Assembly (NCBI GenBank): GCA_964016885.1
Contig: OZ024744.1
Span: 32,426,001-32,490,000, forward strand
Origin: Eledone cirrhosa
Taxonomy: Eukaryota
DNA length: 64,000 nucleotides
Direction of reading: 5' to 3'
The stretch's first letter is position 1; the number at the start of each line of letters is the position of its first letter. The translations under genes were made by a program, and so were the position numbers. Positions 56,131 to 64,000 of the stretch are shown in pieces. The notes beneath the pieces are model-generated. The model was not told the origin of the DNA and ran no database searches. It was given only the letters and a program-made list of their open reading frames with translations.

Positions 56131-57280
56131 GATTTAGTCGGCCTATTCCTCCTACATACACTTAAAGAAAAATTTCCTAACCATATTCTGGGGCTTTATC
56201 GCGACGATGGTCTAATACTCTCCCATACCACCATAGGCCATAACTTAGATAGATTAAGGAAAGACTTAATAAAAACCTTCGCTAGTTTTAATCTTAAAAT
56301 TACTATTGACACTAACCTTTCCAATGTAGATTTCCTAGATATAAACCTAGATTTGCCTACTGCTTCTTATAAACCATACCATAAACCTAATGAAAACTTA
56401 AAATATATAAATAAAGGCTCTTGCTATCCTCCTATAGTTTTTAAAAACCTTATCCCTAATATTAGCCGTAGGATCTCCACCCTCTCTTCCTCAGAATCTA
56501 TTTTTAATAAGGCATCCCCCTACTATAATAAAGCCCTCCAAAATAGCGGTTTTAGCGAATCGATTAAATACATACCCAACTATACTAACTCTATTAAACA
56601 TAAAAACAGGAAAATAAAAATAATTGGTTCACACACCCCTACTCTCTAGCAGTTAAAACTAATGTAGGCAAAAAATTCCTAGAGCTCCTAGATAAACATT
56701 TCCCTAGAACACATAGATACTATAAGATCTTTAACAGAAACTGTGTCAAAATTAGCTATTCCTGCGGTCCCCCTATTAAGTCCTATATCACCAACAAAAT
56801 ATCACCTAGAGAAAATCAAACTTGCTCCTGTAGAATCAAAAGTGAATGCCCATTACAAGGTAAATGCAACACCAAGGCCATTGTATATGCGGTTAAAGTG
56901 ACAACCATCAGCAACAACCATCCAGCCACCAGTGAACGATATGTGGGTATGACGCAAGACAAATTCAAAACGCGTTATTACTCACATGCCGCATTTGGGT
57001 TTTGAAAGACCATACTAGCAGAATTTGGGTTTTGAAAGACCAAGGCATCCAATATAAATTAGATTGGTCAATTTTGAACCAATCTAAAGAATATGCAAGA
57101 GGAACAAGAAAATGCACGCTCTGCAAAAATGAAAAATATTGGATATTGCAAAATCTTAAATCACCAAAGACCTGCCTGAACACAAAGACGGAAATTTTCA
57201 CCTGTTGCCCACACATGAAATCACACCTGCTTTCCAGCTCATATAAACTTAACACACTTTCAGATACTTATCCTCCATAA
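56128..57280 (+). pseudogene. Penelope-like RT/GIY-YIG remnant, 5'-truncated and frameshifted
   Basis: CDLVGLFLL, GLYRDDGL, VDFLDINLDL, YKPYHKPN, AIVY..RYVGMT, IWVLKD..CTLCKNEK..LNTKTE..CPH. Confidence 0.88.
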
Positions 57281-58441
57281 ACTCTTATTATTCTCTTTAT
57301 AATTACCCTTTCTGATTTACTTTCATTTTTATCCTTATCATTAATTTCATTTATTTATATTTTTATTTTTATATATTTTTTTATTTTTACTTCACATCCA
57401 CCAATAACCCCCCCCCCCCCCCCCACACACACACACTTTATTCTCCGATTCACTTACCTAATATCTTCACTTTCCATTTTTTACTTCCCTACTTCCTTCA
57501 CTAACTGATTATACATGTAATTTGCGTTTTCCACTCCAGATATATATATTTTTTTAATTTTTATTTTTTATTTTTGCGCAGCCAATCTTACAATTTTATA
57601 ATTTTATATTTGTACCTACTTATCCACAAGTTTTTTACACCCTGTATCTTTGTGGCTGAACGCCTTAACGTGTGTATACTTTATATATATGTACACGAGC
57701 GACTACGTATGTGTGCGTGCGTGCGTGTATATATATATATATATGTATGTGTATGTGTATGTGTCTTTAAATACGTGTTTTTACATCTAGGTTTTATGTT
57801 TTGTTCCTTTTTTCTTCTCCCCCTTTTTTTACATCCTCATTTTTATGCGTGTGCATGCAAACAGGTCAATATGCGTGAGTGTAAGTATGTGTGTGTGTGC
57901 GTATCGAACGTATGGATGTGTAAGTGTGCGTGTGTATATAAGCATGTATATGTTGCGTTTCTTTTGTGAGATATACGTGTGTGTGTGTGTATGTACCTTG
58001 TTTGTCTTCTTTTCTTTAATTTTTTCTTTCTAAATTATTGTTCCATTTTTATAAATATATCGAGATTGATACTTTCCTTTAATTATTACACTCCCTTACC
58101 TCTTTTACTTCCGCATCTAAGTGTACGTGTGTGTAGGTGTGTTTATGCGCATGCCTTCATATTCTTATGATGTATCTATTCTGTCTGTAGATTACAGACA
58201 TACAGATACATTTGCCCTAAATTATATATTTACGCACACTTTTTCACTATACGTATACATATGTGCATACACATATATGCACATCTGTGAGCGTATATAC
58301 ATACATATACACACACGTAACTATATTTCTTGAAAGATTATTATATATTTCATATTCTAATTCATTTGTCTATCTCTTTTTTGTTTTTTTGTTTTTTTGC
58401 TTTTCTTGATGAGACTTTCCAAGTATTTACCCATGTTTTAT

Positions 58442-58519
58442 ATTGCCTCGTCTGACGAACGAATGAAGACGTTTCTTTCGTATTCGCCTCATTCGGGAAA
58501 CCTCTGGTAATCAGGTAAT
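58442..58519 (+). ncRNA. Type I hammerhead in the 3' terminal region of the 56.1-58.6 kb Penelope element
   Basis: ATTGCCTCGT CTGACGA aCGAATGA..TCATTCGg GAAA CCTCTGG TA ATCAGGTAAT; stem I 9 of 10 pairs including G-U. Confidence 0.78.
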
Positions 58520-58619
58520 TATATTGTATTGATTTTTATACATTAAATTTTGCTCTGGTACTTACATAGAGCACTCTTCACTTCTATGACCTTTTCTGTT
58601 TTCAACGGAAATTTCAATA

Positions 58620-58665
<46 letters not shown>

Positions 58666-58666
<1 letters not shown>

Positions 58667-58857
58667 CAAAGGAAATGTGGTAAGGAACCAGATGGACAAA
58701 AACGCACCAGAGTACTCAATACTTAGGGTAGTAGAGTGGGAAATAGGAAAAAGTATGACCCCCGACGGCAGAGCTCAAGCCGTTTTGACGGCTATTTCTG
58801 GACACCAGAAATAACCGTCGAAACGGCTTGAGCTCTGCCGTCGGGGTCATACTTTTT

Positions 58858-58862
<5 letters not shown>
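58666..58862. mobile_element. Fold-back element with half-hammerhead (same family as 15422 and 51975-52168)
   Basis: Inverted repeat 58743-58862 centred on TTTCTGGACACCAGAAA; GAAA CGGC TTGAGCTCT GCCG TC GGGGTC. Confidence 0.8.
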
Positions 58863-58939
<77 letters not shown>

Positions 58940-59469
58940 GAAAAACGAAGAGATTAGGATTTCCTTCAACATACTGACGCTTATTTGTATGTGCATATAT
59001 ACATACATCTATGTGTATGAGTATATAACTATAATCGTGCAAACACAGACAAACATACAAAAATACATGCTCACGGATATAGATTCTCACAAATACACAT
59101 ACTTTCATACAAACACATACATACATTCACACATACACTTACACAAACACTCACATACAGTCATACAGTCACGATAGCAGCATTCGAGAGTTAAATGAAA
59201 TACAACTTTTTTATTTATTTAGGAACAACACAGTTTAACTCTTCTTTTTAAACTAATTTGTATAAAAATTAATATAATGGTCACAGAACGAAAACACAAA
59301 CAAATATAATATATACAAAGGAAAGGGAAAGGATAAAAAAAGAGAGAGAGAAAACACACAAGCAGGTAATACATACATCTAAGATCACATAGAACAAAAT
59401 GCAGGCGAAAGGAATGGACAAACGAGCCGCTTCCAGAGCAAAAGATAACAATATAGCGAGGAGCACTGG

Positions 59470-59855
59470 GAAATCTCTCTAATAATTTTTGAGGCAAGCC
59501 AGCAGGGTTACCTGGGGTGATGGCGAGACTGAGGTGCTTGAACAACTAAGTACCCTCACGAACATCACCAGTTATCTCTGTTTGGCGAGCCGCCAGTGAA
59601 GATAAGAACCTCACTGTCAGTAGCCAAACTCCTCCAAACGTCTCGAAGGCCACAGGCTGGATAATGTAGTTAGCTGACAGAACTCGGTATTTTAGGATTT
59701 TGTTCCGTTCAGCTGCGGATGCTGTAGCTCTCGCCCTTACCGCTGCATTCAGGATGTGGGAAGGAGCAAGAGACTCACTGACTGTGACGTCCCAGATAAG
59801 GCTCCTGCCTCTTGACCAGGAGCACAGGGTAAGACCGTCAAATCTTCTCCCATCA
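59470..59855 (-). pseudogene. CRE-like LINE RLE-domain remnant
   Basis: Minus: DGRRFDGLTLCSWSRGRSLIWDVTV..SAAERNKILKY..PVAFETFG; FKHLSLAI. Confidence 0.7.
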
Positions 59856-60129
59856 ATTCAGGATCAAAGCTCTTAGGTGGTAATAGGAAAGTGTGTGTAT
59901 ATGCGCGCGCGAGTTTATCGGCGTTCTTAAATTAGAGACGTACGTGTGTATCATATGTGTGTGTATGTGTCCTATATATGTGTGTGTGTCACGGTTTTTA
60001 AGTTAGAGACATATATATGCGTGTATCCTCTTATTTCCTTTTACACACACATATATTCAAACAAACAAACACACACACACACACACACACACATTGAGTG
60101 ACGGACGGATGGACAGAAGTCCCTCAAAT

Positions 60130-60770
60130 TTATATACATGTGAATGGAGTTCTACTGAAGCAGTTAGAGAAGTTCAATTATCTTGGAGCCGTGTTCATGA
60201 GTGATGGAATGCAGGAGGCTGAATTAAGTGCAATAATTGCAAAAGCTGATACAGTAATGCGCCAGCATCAGCATTCAGCAATCAGAAGAAGCGGGTAGGT
60301 GTAAAAGCCAAACTCGCTGACTTTCTGGTATTCCTGCCAACTCTTACCGAGGATCATGAGTCTTGAGTAATGACCAAAAGAATACAATTGCAAATAAAAG
60401 CGGCAGAAATGGGATTCCTCCAAAGGGTCTTTGGGGTAACGTTACTCGATAAAGTGCATAGCTCAGAGATCAGAGAGTAACTCCTGATAGAGCCGCTACC
60501 TCTCCAAATTGAGAGATCACAACTCCGATATTATGAGCATGTGGTCAGAAAGTCTCAGTAAAGAATCGCTGGACACATTTTGCAAGGGGCCCAGAGGTAG
60601 ACCTTGAGCAAGATAGTTGGATAACATCCATGAGCTTGGCTGGTCACGCTTTGGGATCCAGCTGGATCAGTTAGAGATGTTTGCTACTGACAGACCCGCT
60701 GGAAGGAGTATTTGAGAAGGACTCTTCCCCCCATGACCCTCTCAGAAATAAGTGGGCGAAGAAGAAGATA
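60130..60770 (+). pseudogene. RTE-clade LINE 3' remnant
   Basis: LKQLEKFNYLGAVF, IKAAEMGFLQRVFGVTLLDKV, IERSQLRYYEHV with stops; related fragment at 14855-14950. Confidence 0.75.
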
Positions 60771-61021
60771 TTGTTAATTTACTTTTCAATTTACATATAT
60801 CTATATGCAGATATATTTGCGTATAATACTAATATGCCCACTACATATGTTAGCAGAAAACCGCCGGGGGGAGGGGGGGGTACTTCTGCTAGTTAATATT
60901 AATAAAAAAGCGACATAACAATGTAAACTGACTAAATCAGTAGTCAAATTACAAAAGAATAAGACACAGGCTTGAAGGGAAGTTGGTAGAACAGTGATGA
61001 GAACTAAGACAGATAGAGAAC

Positions 61022-61101
<80 letters not shown>

Positions 61102-61158
61102 GTATGCATGTATGTATGTATGTATGTATGTATGTATGTATGTATGTATGTATGTATG

Positions 61159-62829
61159 TCAGGTCACCACTTGGTGCTACTGGTAACATGTATCCCAGTA
61201 CAACCTGTCTCATGGTCGGGTCGTTAGCGACTAAACTGGCAACCCCACTAAGGTTTCTTGGTGAGGAGGGTGACTTTGGACATCCTGCAGGACTAAAAAC
61301 AAAACCTGTCACAGGGCAAAGGAGCTCTTAAGAGTCAATGGCCATCCAAAATCACTGGGAGAGATGACCCCTTAGCCTTTGTCAAGGCAGAATTCTAGGA
61401 GAAGGAAAACTCTGATATAACACCTGCAACCCTGATGGTATCCAATGATGTTGACTTGTTCTTCTTTTTGGTAAATATCATCTTGGTTAAGAGAGTGGGA
61501 CTGGCTTTGTGCAGTGCCTTTGCTCACTATAAAAGCTTCACGGCACAGGCATTGCTTTATATCTGGAGATCTCTCTGCACTTGCCGTCACATGGTACCAT
61601 GGGCCCAGCACTATGTGTCAATAGTTGTCACAAGTGTAGTGTTTGTACCAGAGTTTTCAAGTCGCTGACTGGACTAAAAAGTCACACTCGTTCTGCGCAT
61701 CGGTAGGGGTTCTCCTACATGGATATAAAGTAGTGGCCGTACTCGAAAACGAGTTGGCAGCCACCATATATATGTATATATATGTCTGTATGTATGTATA
61801 TATGTATATATATGTATATGTGTCTGTATGTATGTATGTATGTATATGTATGTATGTATATATGTCTGTATATATGTATGTGTATATATATATATATATG
61901 TATGTATGTATGTATGTATATGTGTATGTATGTATGTATATATGTATGTATGTGTATATGTATGTATGTGTATATGTATGTATGTGTATATGTATGTATA
62001 TGTATATGTATGTATATGTATATGTATGTATGTGTATATGTATGTATGTGTATATGTATGTATATGTATATGTATATGTGTATGTATGTATGTATGTATG
62101 TATGTATATATGTATGTGTATATGTATGTATGTGTGTATGTATGTATGTGTGTATGTATATGTGTATGTATGTGTATATGTATGTATATATGTATGTATA
62201 TATATATGTCAGGTCACCAGTTGGTGCTACTGGTCACCAGTTGGTGCTACTGGTAACATGTATCCCAGTACAACCTGTCTCATGGTCGGGTCGTTGGCGA
62301 CTAAACTGGCAACCCCACCAAGGTTTCTTGGTGAGGAGGGTGACTTTGGACATCCTGCAGGACTAAAAACAAAACCTGTCAAAGGGCAAAGGAGCTCTTA
62401 AGAGTCAATGGCCATCCAAAATCACCGGGAGAGATGACCCCTTAGCCTTTGTCAAGGCAGAATTCTAGGAGAAGGAAAACTCTGATATAACACCTGCAAC
62501 CCTGATGGTATCCAATGATGTTGACTTGTTCTTCTTTTTGGTAAATATCATCTTGGTTAAGAGAGTGGGACTGGCTTTGTGCAGTGCCTTTGCTCACTAT
62601 AAAAGCTTCACGGCACAGGCATTGCTTTGTATCTGGAGATCTCTCTGCACTTGTCCTCACATGGTACCATGCACTATGTGTCAATAATTGTCACAAGTGT
62701 AGTGTTTGTACCAGAGTTTTCAAGTCGCTGGCTGGACTAAAAAGTCACACTCGTTCAGTGCTTCGGTAGGGGTTCTCCTACATGGATATAAAGTAGTGGC
62801 CGTACTCGAAAACGAGTTGGCAGCCACCA
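61159..62829 (+). mobile_element. Two full-length (TATG)n-tailed elements in tandem (61159-61766, 62209-62829)
   Basis: Same 5' start TCAGGTCACCA and 3' end GGCAGCCACC; separated by ~440 bp of degenerate (TATG)n. Confidence 0.85.
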
Positions 62830-63113
62830 TGTATGTATGTATGTATGTTCTTCTGGTTTTATAATTTCACTAATGTTTGCCAATAGAGAGAGAGTCGGTT
62901 TCTAACATAGACACAATACTCTCTCATTGGAATTTACGCAACATCAACTAGATATGTATGTATGCATGCATGTGTAGATATGGATGTTATTGTATGTGTG
63001 GATGTGTATGTTTTGAGTTGTATGTGTGCATATGTATATGCAATTATTCGGTGCAGAATTTTTTGAATGTTTTACATGTTTTTATTGTTCCATTAATGGG
63101 TTGTACTTGTAAT

Positions 63114-63580
63114 TTAATAACTAGTTGTGTTCTTTCTGTTTCTGTGAAGCCTAGCCTCAAGATTTGTATTGAGGCAGTTACTAACATATCCCAGTGCCCC
63201 AATAATCACAGGCATATATCTGAAGGTGTAATCAGGGTGGAGTATCTGCAGATTTCTTATCAGTTCTGCATAAATATTCTCCTTTTTGATAATCTTTGAT
63301 ATTATATTGGCATCTGCTGGGCAGCTAACTTCCACTACTGTGCATGCATTCTTCTCCCTGTCCAGTATCATATCTGGTCTGTTATGCCTGCATTTTATTG
63401 GGGTTTTTACTGGAACATTCCACCAGTACTCTTTCATATTATGTACATATATGTCTTCCACATAGCTGTAGTTTTTAATGTTTATTATCGGGGCTATCTT
63501 TTCTAGGGATTGCCTCATAGGTAGATAGTACCGCGATGAAATCTTTGGACAGCTGCTTATGACATGGGTGACATCTTCGA
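63114..63580 (-). pseudogene. RLE-type LINE remnant (CCHC end + endonuclease)
   Basis: THVISSCP, YWWNVPV, NRPDMI, VVEVSCPAD, PVIIGALG. Confidence 0.75.
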
Positions 63581-63616
63581 TGTATGTATGTATATATGTA
63601 TGTATATATGTATGTA

Positions 63617-63917
63617 TTTTGGTAAATATCATCTTGGTTAAGAGAGTGGGACTGGTTTTGTGCAGTGCCTTTGCTCACTATAAAAGTCTCACGGCACAGG
63701 CATTGCTTTATATCTGGAAATCTCTCTGCACTTGTCGTCACATGGTACCATGGGCCCAGCACTATGTGTCAATAATTGTCACAAGTGTAGTGTTTGTACC
63801 AGAGTTTTCAAGTCCCTGGCTGGACTAAAAAGTCACACTCGTTCAGCGCATCGGTAGGGGTTCTCCTACATGGATATAAAGTAGTGGTCGTACTCGAAAA
63901 CGAGTTGGCAGCCACCA
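63617..63917 (+). mobile_element. 5'-truncated (TATG)n-tailed element
   Basis: Matches the 3' half of 61159-61766. Confidence 0.85.
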
Positions 63918-63953
63918 TATATGTATGTATGTATATATGTATGTGTGTATGTT

Positions 63954-64000
<47 letters not shown>

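Noticed and set aside
61159-61245. HDV-like ribozyme at the 5' end of the 610-bp element
   Set aside because: P2-like (CCAGT/ACTGG) and P4-CTAA-like parts are visible but P1/P3/L3 could not be fitted by eye; needs a descriptor search.

Overview
Repeat-saturated, AT-rich metazoan DNA with no recognisable host gene. The repeat spectrum suggests a cephalopod/octopus genome (inference only). 1-12.2 kb is a head-to-tail array of Tx1-clade (L1-type) retrotransposons joined by (TATC)n: one 3' remnant plus two near full-length copies. The rest is (TA)n/(TG)n/(TATG)n/(GAA)n microsatellite carrying Penelope-like elements (RT + GIY-YIG), a CR1-type LINE, an R4/Dong-like RLE LINE, CRE/RTE/RLE remnants, an internally deleted Helitron, tRNA-derived SINEs and about 10 copies of a ~610-bp (TATG)n-tailed non-autonomous retroelement. 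The main signal not visible in the ORF track is about 20 type I hammerhead ribozyme motifs (CUGANGA...GAAA...NUH), read by eye on both strands, mostly minimal with a palindromic stem III. They occur (i) once per unit in a near-perfect 466-bp tandem array with an inverted first unit (53.4-56.1 kb; retrozyme-like), (ii) as mirror-image pairs in short fold-back elements within (TA)n, and (iii) sense-strand downstream of Penelope coding remnants. All folds are manual; no activity or database evidence is claimed.
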